In this document: piece after piece, positions 20,297 to 29,417 of the stretch
How positions within the stretch are numbered: the stretch's first letter is position 1
Layout of the letters: the number at the start of each line of letters is the position of its first letter
Assembly: GCA_965262615.1 (NCBI GenBank)
Contig: OZ253545.1
Coordinates: 1,184,001 to 1,248,000, forward strand
DNA from: Alphaproteobacteria bacterium
GTDB taxonomy: Bacteria; Pseudomonadota; Alphaproteobacteria; GM7ARS4; G965262615
Direction: 5' to 3'
DNA: 64,000 nucleotides
Program-made: the position numbers and the translations under genes
The notes under the pieces: model-generated
The model's database searches: none
What the model was told of the DNA's origin: nothing
The model's input: only the letters and a program-made list of their open reading frames with translations

Positions 20297-21504
20297 CCAT
20301 CACTCACCGCCTTCCCAATGGCATTCGTATTCTTCTTGACCCCATGCGCGATGTGCAATCGGTGACCATGGGTGTCTGGGTGGGCGTGGGGGCACGCTGT
20401 GAGAGCAAAGAACAAAATGGCTTGGCACACTTTCTTGAACACATGGCGTTCAAAGGCACAACAAGCCGTGACGCACTCGCCATCGCCAGAGAAATTGAGG
20501 ATGTGGGCGGCATCATCAATGCCTGGACTTCGCGCGAATGCACCGCCTATTATGCCCGTGTGCTCAGTGACCACAGCGAGCGGGCGTTGCATCTGCTGGC
20601 TGACATTCTCTCTCACTCCACCTTTGATTCCATTGAAATGGAGCGCGAGCGCGGCGTTATTTTGCAAGAAATCGGCATGGCGGCGGACACCCCCGAAGAT
20701 GTGGTGTGGGATCATTTTCAAGCCACCGCCTTTCCAGACCAAGCCATCGGCAGACCCATTCTTGGCGACAGGGACATCATTCGCACCCTGCCGCGAGAGG
20801 ATATGCAGTCATTCATTGACCACCACTACAAAGCCGATTCTATGGTCATTGCCATTGCGGGAAAAATGGATGAAGACAAGCTTCTGAGCCACGCTCAAAG
20901 TCTCTTTGCGAATTGGAACAATGATGCGCCACCGCCGGTCACCAGCGCGCACTATGAAGGCGGCGACCATCATGCCACGAAAAAACTGGAACAATCTCAT
21001 ATCGTGCAAGGGGTGCGCGCTCCCAGCTATCACCATGACCTTCATCTTGCCTGCAAAGCCACCGCCTTGATTTATGGCGGCGGCATGGCGTCGCGTTTGT
21101 TTCAGGAAATACGCGAAAAACGCGGGCTGGCGTATCATGTGTCCGCCTTCTATCAACCCTACAATGACAGTGGCTTGTTTGGATTTTATGCCGGCACATC
21201 TCATGAGCGAGTGAGTGAAGTGCGGAATGTGGCGCGCGAGCTCTTTCATGCCATTGGTGATGATGTCAGTGATGACGAGCTGCAACGGGCACAAGAAGCT
21301 TTACGCGCCTCATTGCTCATGGGACAAGAAAGCACCGCCGCGCGCTGTGACCGTCTGGCACAACAATGGCTAATTTATGACAAGGTGGAGACACTGGAGC
21401 AATCCATCGCCCGCATTGATGCCCTCACGAAAGATTCAATTAGGAACTGCATCACTCACCTTAATCAAGCCAATGAGACATCGGCACATCTTGGTTTGCA
21501 TTAA
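20293..21504 (+). CDS. M16 family zinc peptidase
   Basis: HFLEH inverzincin motif and [15 protein letters not shown]; typical position after thrC. Confidence 0.95.
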   Translation: MTITHRLPNGIRILLDPMRDVQSVTMGVWVGVGARCESKEQNGLAHFLEHMAFKGTTSRDALAIAREIEDVGGIINAWTSRECTAYYARVLSDHSERALHLLADILSHSTFDSIEMERERGVILQEIGMAADTPEDVVWDHFQATAFPDQAIGRPILGDRDIIRTLPREDMQSFIDHHYKADSMVIAIAGKMDEDKLLSHAQSLFANWNNDAPPPVTSAHYEGGDHHATKKLEQSHIVQGVRAPSYHHDLHLACKATALIYGGGMASRLFQEIREKRGLAYHVSAFYQPYNDSGLFGFYAGTSHERVSEVRNVARELFHAIGDDVSDDELQRAQEALRASLLMGQESTAARCDRLAQQWLIYDKVETLEQSIARIDALTKDSIRNCITHLNQANETSAHLGLH

Positions 21505-21508
21505 TTTG

Positions 21509-21581
<73 letters not shown>

Positions 21582-21706
21582 CTCGCATCATAGTAGGCTG
21601 TCGGGCGGATAGGTCAAGACAAAACACAGCCGACACATACTCGTAAATAACTTTACTTTGACACAAAACATCATTATATTGGCAACAATCGTCAAAGGAG
21701 AAAGTC

Positions 21707-22039
21707 ATGAGCACTAAAGGAATTCCTGAACTGAAAGAAATCCTTGAAGTAGTGATTAAAATGCAAGATGATTTAACAGCGTTAAGTCATCGTGTTGACA
21801 CGCGTTTCGATGAATTCGACAAGCGTTTTGATGAATTCGACAAGCGTTTCGGTGAAATTAGAGAACGCTTAGATAAATTAGAGGCAGAAGTCAAAAATCT
21901 TCGTAAGGCACATGAAATTCTGACGGAAAATATCAGTGAGGCTCTGTCGCGCATTGATCTTTTGGAGAAAAGAGTAAAGAAATTAGAAAGTTTGGAAGAC
22001 AGGGTCAGCCAATTGGAAAAGCCAAAGGACAAGACCTAG
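21707..22039 (+). CDS. Orphan AT-rich coiled-coil protein with RFDEFDK heptad repeats
   Basis: AGGAG SD; candidate TTTACT-17-TATATT promoter (21652-21680); continuous heptads; 21-bp tandem repeat. Confidence 0.8.
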   Translation: MSTKGIPELKEILEVVIKMQDDLTALSHRVDTRFDEFDKRFDEFDKRFGEIRERLDKLEAEVKNLRKAHEILTENISEALSRIDLLEKRVKKLESLEDRVSQLEKPKDKT

Positions 22040-22068
22040 CTGTTTTGGAACATGGTGATTGACTAACC

Positions 22069-22488
22069 TTAACGAATGGTGATCTGGACGCGATTATTGG
22101 CGCGATTGAACAGTTCTTGTTTTTTGCGTGTCACCAGCCGTGTGTCGCCCCAGTGACGCATCACAATGCGCTTCTGCTCAACCCCAAAAGACAGCAAAAA
22201 ATCGCCCACCACCGCACATCGCCGTGCCGCCAATGCCCACAAAAAATCATCACTGCCCCGCACAGAGGCATGACAATCCAACACAACATCATAGTTCTCA
22301 TGAGATGCCAGCCATGCGCCATATTGCTGCAACACATAAGAAGATGATTCATCCAGCACCGTGCGTGCCTCATCAAAATACACCGTATTCCCCACAAGAG
22401 TGGCGACATAGGCGGAATCATCGGAATCCACCCTCTGTTGTGCCGCCAGCAGGGCAGGCACAAAAACCAGCACCAATGCCCATCTCAT
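22069..22488 (-). CDS. pal: Pal-like OmpA_C domain protein, degenerate and without lipobox
   Basis: VYFD, HASVRG, ALAARR, WGDTR and NNRV pattern; located after tolB. Confidence 0.75.
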   Translation of the reverse strand: MRWALVLVFVPALLAAQQRVDSDDSAYVATLVGNTVYFDEARTVLDESSSYVLQQYGAWLASHENYDVVLDCHASVRGSDDFLWALAARRCAVVGDFLLSFGVEQKRIVMRHWGDTRLVTRKKQELFNRANNRVQITIR

Positions 22489-22595
22489 ACCGTGTCCCCC
22501 ACAAGAGTGGCGACATAGGCGGAATCATCGGAATCCATCCTCTGTTGTGCCCACAGCACGGCAGGCACAAAAGCCAGCATCAATGCCCATCTCAT
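22382..22595. repeat. 107-bp tandem duplication of the pal 5' end
   Basis: 22382-22488 vs 22489-22595, 8 mismatches; the upstream copy forms a 36-aa mini-ORF at 22485-22595 (-). Confidence 0.95.
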
Positions 22596-23848
22596 GGGGG
22601 TGCGCTCCATGAGACATCACGCACCACATCATCGCCGCTCTCCACATCATACAGCGCGCCGCTGTCAATATTGAGCACGCGAATGGTGCGCCGTTCATCG
22701 CTCGCGTCATTGCGCATCGATTGGGTGAACAACAGGGCATTGCCACCCGCAGACCACGACACATGGTCAAAAAAGATGCCCGTTTTGAGCACGCGCAGAC
22801 CAGAGCCATCCGCCGCCATCACCGCCAACTGGCAACCGTCTGCAAGACAACGCACAAAGGCGATGTCATCCCCTTGGGGTGACCACACAGGCACAAAATA
22901 CTCCCCCTCAGCGAATGTCAGGCGGCGCAGGTCAGTGCCATCGCGCGCCATCCCATACAACTGAGATGTGCCGCCACGACGAGAACTGAACACCAGACGC
23001 TGTCGCGTGCCGTCCCATCCACCAGGCAAATCAATGGCACTGTGGCTGGTGAGACGCTCCTCCACGCGCGATGCCATATCCAAATGATACACATCGCTAT
23101 TGCCCCATGATGAGCGAGCAAACAACACATGGGTGCCATCATCAAAGACGCGCAGCGCAAAAGACATCGCATCACCTCCTTCACCACCCTCTGTGATGGC
23201 GGTCATTTCCTCTTTTTCCACATCATACACATGCAAGCTGAGAATTCCTTCCTCATGAATCACACACACGATGCGCCGTCCTCCATCAATGGCGCGCGCC
23301 GACACAATGTGCTCGTCCAATTCAATAAAGCGCGCTTCATGCAGTGATGACAATCTCATAAAAGTCAAACGGCTGCCCTCACCATCCGCCACCACGGACA
23401 TGATGCGATGGGCAAAGTAGCCTTCCTTGCCCGTGATGATGCCATAGAGGTCATCGGCGACCGTGTCGGCAATGAGTGAGCTCTCGTCATCGGTGGAGCG
23501 ATACGCGCGCGCCAGCACCTGTTCGCCGGATGTGACATTCCACACCCGCATGCGCCACACCCACTGGTCATCTTCGTGCCATTGGGCAATCACCGCCCAC
23601 GACACCCCTTCGCTGCGCCATTGTTCCATTGATGGATTCAAAGCCAGCACATCATCCCCTTCCACATACATTTGTCTGATGGTTGCCATGCCACTGTTTT
23701 GCAGGTGCTGGATCACTTGTTTTTGCAATGTCATGGCTTCCTCTTGGGGAGCAACCATGCCAAACGCCACCAACGATGCCGCCTGTGCGCCCACAGCACA
23801 ATGACACACAACACTCATGACCATCATGATGCTCCACACAAATCTCAT
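22592..23848 (-). CDS. tolB: Tol-Pal beta-propeller protein TolB (divergent)
   Basis: Signal peptide; ITGKEGYFAHRI; PD40 repeats (FSSRRGG, PVWSPQGDDIAF). Confidence 0.85.
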   Translation of the reverse strand: MRFVWSIMMVMSVVCHCAVGAQAASLVAFGMVAPQEEAMTLQKQVIQHLQNSGMATIRQMYVEGDDVLALNPSMEQWRSEGVSWAVIAQWHEDDQWVWRMRVWNVTSGEQVLARAYRSTDDESSLIADTVADDLYGIITGKEGYFAHRIMSVVADGEGSRLTFMRLSSLHEARFIELDEHIVSARAIDGGRRIVCVIHEEGILSLHVYDVEKEEMTAITEGGEGGDAMSFALRVFDDGTHVLFARSSWGNSDVYHLDMASRVEERLTSHSAIDLPGGWDGTRQRLVFSSRRGGTSQLYGMARDGTDLRRLTFAEGEYFVPVWSPQGDDIAFVRCLADGCQLAVMAADGSGLRVLKTGIFFDHVSWSAGGNALLFTQSMRNDASDERRTIRVLNIDSGALYDVESGDDVVRDVSWSAPP

Positions 23849-24456
23849 CTTGCCACCGCATTGACATCACGGGCTAAAATGATGCACAAACGCTGCACCC
23901 ACAAACAGAGCAAACGGTCGTGATGGCGCAATCGCTCTTTTAATACAGCGTAGAAAAACGCCGCGAGCAGCATCACAAACACCGTGCCATAGCCATTCCA
24001 AAACCACACATCACGAGCCACAACAGACGCAAAAAACATGGCATCAAGCCACAAGCCTCCCATCATCATCAGTGGAGCCACCGCCGCGCCGTGCAGCAAC
24101 GCCTTCAGACGATGACGACAATGCTCCTTTTCCTCACCCCACAACACATGCAAGGGGCGCGCCAAATAATCCACCCGACTGTCTTCGCTTCCCAAACGAG
24201 AATCCGCCAGCAAGCGTTGATAATCCTGCATCGCCGTGACAAACATCTTATGAATCACCGACCCACGCGCCTTTCTTTGAGCATGAGCAAGCAAGTCATC
24301 AATAGAATTCGCTCCCTCCACCGCCTTTTGAAAACGCCGTTCCTCACGCGCCAAAAAGCCAATGCGGTTCATCTCGTGAGCAGCCACCGTGAGGGTCATC
24401 ACCAACACAACCACCAGCACAAATGACATGCCGTAGTGCCAAAACAAAGGAATCAT
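23845..24456 (-). CDS. Highly degenerate TolQ-like membrane protein
   Basis: Occupies the tolQ slot after ybgC; three hydrophobic segments; faint TolQ traits (RRFQKA...SIDDL, KMFVTAMQDY, AAVAPLM). Confidence 0.5.
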   Translation of the reverse strand: MIPLFWHYGMSFVLVVVLVMTLTVAAHEMNRIGFLAREERRFQKAVEGANSIDDLLAHAQRKARGSVIHKMFVTAMQDYQRLLADSRLGSEDSRVDYLARPLHVLWGEEKEHCRHRLKALLHGAAVAPLMMMGGLWLDAMFFASVVARDVWFWNGYGTVFVMLLAAFFYAVLKERLRHHDRLLCLWVQRLCIILARDVNAVAR

Positions 24457-24890
24457 GAGTCAGCCAGCATGGGGTCAAGACACGCCACCAACGCCGCAGG
24501 CATCGCCATGACACGCATCCGCTCTGTGTGAATAAACGCGAGGGTCACATCAAATGACGACACCAGTGTCTCCCCCTTCATCACCCGCTGATGCAATCGC
24601 ACCGAGCATTTTTTCAAATGACACAATTGCGTCTCAACAATCAAGACATCATGAAGGTGTGCGGGGCGATGGTAATCACCATAGCATCGCCGCACCACGA
24701 AGATTCCGTCTCCCATCATTTCGTCCCCGCCCGTCAGACGCAACCATTCCGAGCGCGCCCGCTCAATAAAACGCGCATAAGACCCATAATAGACAATGCC
24801 GCCACTATCGGTGTCTTCATAATACACCCGCAGGGAAAACAGATGACGCGTGCCGTCACGCCATCCCATAGAGGGCATGTGGTTATTCAT
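24453..24890 (-). CDS. ybgC: Acyl-CoA thioesterase YbgC
   Basis: RVYYEDTDSGGIVYY...ERARSEWLR. Confidence 0.92.
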   Translation of the reverse strand: MNNHMPSMGWRDGTRHLFSLRVYYEDTDSGGIVYYGSYARFIERARSEWLRLTGGDEMMGDGIFVVRRCYGDYHRPAHLHDVLIVETQLCHLKKCSVRLHQRVMKGETLVSSFDVTLAFIHTERMRVMAMPAALVACLDPMLADS

Positions 24891-25872
24891 CGTTTTCCTC
24901 TTGGTCAAAAAGGTTTCCTTGCGGCAATTGAGGGGGTGTCATGCCAAGATGCTGCCATGCCGTCACGCTGAGCACCCGCCCTCTTTTGGTGCGTAGCACC
25001 ATGCCTTGTTGCACCAGAAACGGCTCAACGACTGATTCCAGCACATCTCGCTCTTCTGCCATTGCCGCCGCCATCGTCTCAACGCCCACGGGGCCGCCCT
25101 TGTAGGAGGATGCCATCAATGTGAGATAGTGGCGATCCATGTCATCCAGTCCCAATTCATCAATGCCCATTGTGGCAAAGGCTTCATTCGCGCGCGTCAT
25201 GGTCAATTGGGATTCTTGCGATGAAAAATCTCGCAAGCGTCTGAGCAGACGCAATCCATTGCGCGGCGTACCGCGCGCCCGCATGGCAATCGCCGCCGCC
25301 ACACCTTTCTGCAGAGGCAATTCCAAGCGCGCCGCTTCTTTTTCAATCATCACACTCAATGGATGCACATCATAAAAGGACAGTCGCAAATTAAGACCAA
25401 ACCGCTCCCGCAACGGACGAGATACCAATCCCGAGCGTGTGGTCGCCCCAATCAGGGTAAAAGGCTCTAAATCAATGCGCACCGAGCGTGCCGCACCACT
25501 GCTGCCAATCACCACATCCAGACGAAAATCCTCCATCGCCGTGTACAGCATCTCCTCCACCGCAGGATGCAAGCGGTGAATCTCATCAATGAACAATACC
25601 GAACGCGCCTCCAATTGAGTGACAATGGATGCCAAGTCTCCCGCACGGACAATGGCAGGTCCAATGGAATGCTTGATGGGCACGCCCATCTCACATGCCA
25701 CAATTTGAGCCAGCGTTGTCTTTCCCAATCCCGCAGGACCAGACAGCAACATGTGCTCCACCGCCTCTTGCCGATTTTTGGCGGCTTCAATCACCACCGC
25801 CATGTTGTGCTTGATGGCATCTTGTCCAATAAAGTCATTGAGGGTCTGAGGGCGGACGATGCGCGGCTTCAT
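24883..25872 (-). CDS. ruvB: Holliday junction helicase RuvB
   Basis: GPAGLGKTT, FIDEIHRL, GATTR and RGTPR motifs. Confidence 0.98.
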   Translation of the reverse strand: MKPRIVRPQTLNDFIGQDAIKHNMAVVIEAAKNRQEAVEHMLLSGPAGLGKTTLAQIVACEMGVPIKHSIGPAIVRAGDLASIVTQLEARSVLFIDEIHRLHPAVEEMLYTAMEDFRLDVVIGSSGAARSVRIDLEPFTLIGATTRSGLVSRPLRERFGLNLRLSFYDVHPLSVMIEKEAARLELPLQKGVAAAIAMRARGTPRNGLRLLRRLRDFSSQESQLTMTRANEAFATMGIDELGLDDMDRHYLTLMASSYKGGPVGVETMAAAMAEERDVLESVVEPFLVQQGMVLRTKRGRVLSVTAWQHLGMTPPQLPQGNLFDQEENDE

Positions 25873-26447
25873 GATGACAGTCTCTTGAGTGCATCGGCAA
25901 TAATGTGAGCCGTCTCTTGATGCCCCCCCTTCATCGCCTCTTGCACGGCATTTTCTGCCTCCGTCATGGCATAGCCCCATTGCACCAGAGCCATCACCGC
26001 ATCTCTGTTGTCACCCGTTGCCGCCGCCTCATCATGACGATAGGAACCGAGTCGTCCCTTGAGTTCAAGACACAAACGCGCCGCAATTCGTTTGCCAATG
26101 AGTGGCACGGAACACAGCATCGCCTCATTGGCTTTTTCAATGTGTGACACAACGCCCGCAACGCCAAAAGCTCCCAGCAACGATAATGACGCTTTTGCTC
26201 CCACTCCCGTAATTTTAGACAATAACAAAAACAGGGCGCGCTCCTCATCACTGGCAAAGCCGTAGCAGTGAATTGTGTCGTCACTGATGCGCGTCACCAC
26301 CCACACGCGCAACCGTTGCCCCAATTGACCGCGCAGCTGTTCCAGATGGCGAGACGAGACGACCATCTCAATGCCCACCCCATGCACATCCACAAGGATG
26401 GATTCTCCATCAATGCCACGCAAAACGCCGTCAAGAAATCGCATCAT
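25869..26447 (-). CDS. ruvA: Holliday junction protein RuvA
   Basis: DVHGVG, YGF, two HhH motifs and ELK. Confidence 0.95.
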   Translation of the reverse strand: MMRFLDGVLRGIDGESILVDVHGVGIEMVVSSRHLEQLRGQLGQRLRVWVVTRISDDTIHCYGFASDEERALFLLLSKITGVGAKASLSLLGAFGVAGVVSHIEKANEAMLCSVPLIGKRIAARLCLELKGRLGSYRHDEAAATGDNRDAVMALVQWGYAMTEAENAVQEAMKGGHQETAHIIADALKRLSS

Positions 26448-26938
26448 GATGGCATCTTCATTTTTGTGCCGATCATAAACCCATGACACAACGCCACCGC
26501 CAGCGCATCCCATGAATCTTGCGGCAAGTCAGACGGCACATCGCCCGTCAAACAATGACGCACCATCATCGCCACCTGTTGTTTGGATGCTCCGCCATTG
26601 CCAGTCACACTTTTTTTGATGGTGCGAGCGGCGTAGGATACAATCTCAATGCGGTTGTGTGTGGCGTGTGCCATCATCATGCCGCGCACCTCGCCCAGAC
26701 GCAAAGCCGATGCGCTGTTGCGTCCCACAAAGGCTTCCTCCATGGCAATCACGCAAGGAGCGTGCTCACGCAGCAATTGCGCCATTCCGTCCGACAGACG
26801 CGCCATGCGCGCCGCCACGCCATCGCCCTCGCCATACAATGCCGATGCTCCTCTGTAGTGCATGCCATCGCTTCGGCACTCAATCACGCCCCAGCCCGTC
26901 ACCTGCGAGGCGGGATCTATGCCCATAATCAGCGTCAT
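26444..26938 (-). CDS. ruvC: Crossover junction endonuclease RuvC
   Basis: MGIDP, KKSVTGNGGASKQQV and DALAVALCH motifs. Confidence 0.96.
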   Translation of the reverse strand: MTLIMGIDPASQVTGWGVIECRSDGMHYRGASALYGEGDGVAARMARLSDGMAQLLREHAPCVIAMEEAFVGRNSASALRLGEVRGMMMAHATHNRIEIVSYAARTIKKSVTGNGGASKQQVAMMVRHCLTGDVPSDLPQDSWDALAVALCHGFMIGTKMKMPS

Positions 26939-27663
26939 GCGACAAGACTGTAGTTAGAAAACACCGCCACCACATCCTGATTGTCCTCCAATAGCTCTTC
27001 ACATTTTTGCAAGGTCGCCGCCGTGTCTTGTGCAACTTCAATCTCTGTCAATGGACGCCACACCAAAGAAGCACTCTGAGGCGCGCCCAGCGATTGCACA
27101 CAGTGCTGCACCACCTCATGATAGTCATCCACCGCCGTGATGATATGACAGCCCTCATCATCCTGTTCAATGTCCTGCACATTGAGTTCACAGGCAACAT
27201 CAAACACGGCATCTCCTTGTGCCTGTTCATGGCTGTAGAAGATGTGTCCCATGTGCTCAAACAAGTGCGCCACCGAGCCATCCTGTCCCAAATTGCCGCC
27301 GTGCTTGCTAAAAATAGCCCGCAATTCCGCCGCCGTGCGATTGCGATTGTCGGTTGCGGTCTCCACGATGAATGCCACGCCCGCAACCCCAAAAGCCTCA
27401 TAACGCACCTCTTGATAACTGCCCTGCTGATTCTCTCCACTGGCACGGGCAATGGCTCTGCTGACGGCATCTTTGGTCATGTTGGCAGCGCGAGCCGACA
27501 GCAACGCCAAACGCAACCGAGCATTGCGATCGGCATCACCACCGCCGCCCAAACGAACAGCCACCATAATCTCCCGAGTCACACGACCATGCAAAGACGC
27601 CCGCTTCTTGTCTTGAGCATTCTTGCGGTGCATGATATTCTTGTATTTGGAATGACCCGCCAT
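26935..27663 (-). CDS. yebC: YebC/PmpR family protein
   Basis: MAGHSKYKNIMHRK and TDNRNRT motifs. Confidence 0.96.
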   Translation of the reverse strand: MAGHSKYKNIMHRKNAQDKKRASLHGRVTREIMVAVRLGGGGDADRNARLRLALLSARAANMTKDAVSRAIARASGENQQGSYQEVRYEAFGVAGVAFIVETATDNRNRTAAELRAIFSKHGGNLGQDGSVAHLFEHMGHIFYSHEQAQGDAVFDVACELNVQDIEQDDEGCHIITAVDDYHEVVQHCVQSLGAPQSASLVWRPLTEIEVAQDTAATLQKCEELLEDNQDVVAVFSNYSLVA

Positions 27664-27743
27664 GCAACCCAGCACCATAGCAATAAATCAACCGTAGTGC
27701 CATAGACAATCCCGCCATCATGTTGTTATTACCATCCCATAGA

Positions 27744-27816
27744 GGGCCCGTAGCTCAGTTGGTAGAGCAAGCGACTTTTAATCGCTGTGTCGAAGGTTCG
27801 ATTCCTTCCGGGCTCA
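27744..27816 (+). tRNA. tRNA-Lys(TTT)
   Basis: GGGCCCG/CGGGCTC stem; anticodon loop CTTTTAA; GTTCGAT; no encoded CCA. Confidence 0.97.
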
Positions 27817-27837
27817 CATTCTTGCTATGAGCTTGTC

Positions 27838-28200
27838 ATGACCAAACGCGACTCACAAAAAGCCATAGACGATATCTTGCGTAAAGCTCAGCAGCACACG
27901 CGAGATAACGATGCCGAACGCAAAAAGCCGTCAAAGGCACAGGTGCGCAAAACCATGCGTCTCATTGAGCGCGTGCTCACTCAGCGAGACACCATCAAAC
28001 AGCAAAAAGGTGATGACCCCGCCACAGAGTGGGAAAATGAATTTCTGAGTGGCATCAAGGGACGCATCAAAAGCTATGGCGCAGCCTTCTTTGACCCCAT
28101 GAAAGGCGATAAAAGCAAATCACTGTCCTATCTGCAAAACGATAAATTGCGTGAGATTAAAAAATCCATCACGAAAAAAAATACCGATCGCCGCTCATGA
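27838..28200 (+). CDS. Hypothetical basic protein coupled to hemA
   Basis: Open frame with EWENEFL...YGAAFFDPMKG; ATGA overlap with hemA. Confidence 0.7.
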   Translation: MTKRDSQKAIDDILRKAQQHTRDNDAERKKPSKAQVRKTMRLIERVLTQRDTIKQQKGDDPATEWENEFLSGIKGRIKSYGAAFFDPMKGDKSKSLSYLQNDKLREIKKSITKKNTDRRS

Positions 28201-29417
28201 ACTACGATCATTTTTTCGCGAGTAGCCTGAACGCAATCAAAAAAGAAGGACGCTACCGCATCTTCGCCGATCTCAAGCGCAAGGTGGGCGAATTCCCCTA
28301 CGCCCTCAATTATCACAAGGACGGCATTGATGAGGTGGTGGTGTGGTGCAGCAATGATTACCTCGCCATGGGACAACATCCCGCCGTGCTCCAAGCCATG
28401 CAAGACGCACTGCACCAGTGTGGCGCAGGCAGTGGCGGCACGCGCAATATATCCGGCACAACCCACTATCATGTCATGCTGGAGCGGGAACTGTGCTATC
28501 TGCACCGCAAACCCTCGGCTCTGCTTTTTACATCGGGCTACATCGCCAATGAAGCCACCCTCAGCACACTAGGACGACACCTGCCCGACTGCGTCTTTTT
28601 GTCCGATGAAGACAATCACGCCTCCATGATTCAAGGAATGCGTCATTCGGGGGCACAAAAGGCGATTTTTCGCCATCATGACATGAAGCATCTGGAGTCT
28701 TTGCTCAAGGAGCACCCTGCGGATCGTGCCAAAATCATTGCGTTTGAATCGGTCTATTCCATGAATGGTGACATCGCCCCCATCAGCGATATTGTCCAGT
28801 TGGCAAAAAAATACAATGCCCTCACCTATCTTGATGAAGTCCATGCGGTGGGCATCTACGGCAGACGCGGCGCAGGACAAGCCGAAGCACAAGGATGCCT
28901 CGCCGATATTGATATCGTTCAAGGAACGCTCGCCAAGGCTCTCGGCACCATCGGCGGCTACATTGCCGCAAGCCAAAATCTCACCGATTTCATCCGTAGC
29001 CATGCCTCCAGCTTCATTTTCACAACCTCCCTGCCGCCCGCCATTGCCGCCGGAGCTTTTGCCGCCCTCAGACAACTGAAAAAAAGCGACCAAGAACGGC
29101 AAAAACTATTTGATCATGTCACTTTTCTCAAACAAGAACTCACCAAAGCCGCCATTCCCTTCCTCAATCATGACAGTCACATCATTCCCATCATCATCGG
29201 CGACCCCCATCGCTGCAAGGAAGTGACCGATACTTTGCTCAATCAGTTTCGTATCTATGTCCAGCCCATCAACTACCCCACCGTTCCCAGAGGCAGTGAG
29301 CGCATTCGCATCACACCCACCCCCAAGCATGACAAAAAACTCTGCACCCAACTGGTCACGGCACTGCATCAATTGAAGAAAGAAGGAATTCTCACTAATC
29401 AACAAAACGAGGCGTGA
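28197..29417 (+). CDS. hemA: 5-aminolevulinate synthase
   Basis: WCSNDYL, GGTRNISG, DEVHAVG, GTLAKA and QPINYPTV motifs. Confidence 0.98.
   Translation: MNYDHFFASSLNAIKKEGRYRIFADLKRKVGEFPYALNYHKDGIDEVVVWCSNDYLAMGQHPAVLQAMQDALHQCGAGSGGTRNISGTTHYHVMLERELCYLHRKPSALLFTSGYIANEATLSTLGRHLPDCVFLSDEDNHASMIQGMRHSGAQKAIFRHHDMKHLESLLKEHPADRAKIIAFESVYSMNGDIAPISDIVQLAKKYNALTYLDEVHAVGIYGRRGAGQAEAQGCLADIDIVQGTLAKALGTIGGYIAASQNLTDFIRSHASSFIFTTSLPPAIAAGAFAALRQLKKSDQERQKLFDHVTFLKQELTKAAIPFLNHDSHIIPIIIGDPHRCKEVTDTLLNQFRIYVQPINYPTVPRGSERIRITPTPKHDKKLCTQLVTALHQLKKEGILTNQQNEA

Noticed and set aside
22382-22595. Diversity-generating retroelement TR/VR pair
   Set aside because: Mismatches are not adenine-specific, the copies lie at a gene 5' end, and no reverse transcriptase is in the window.
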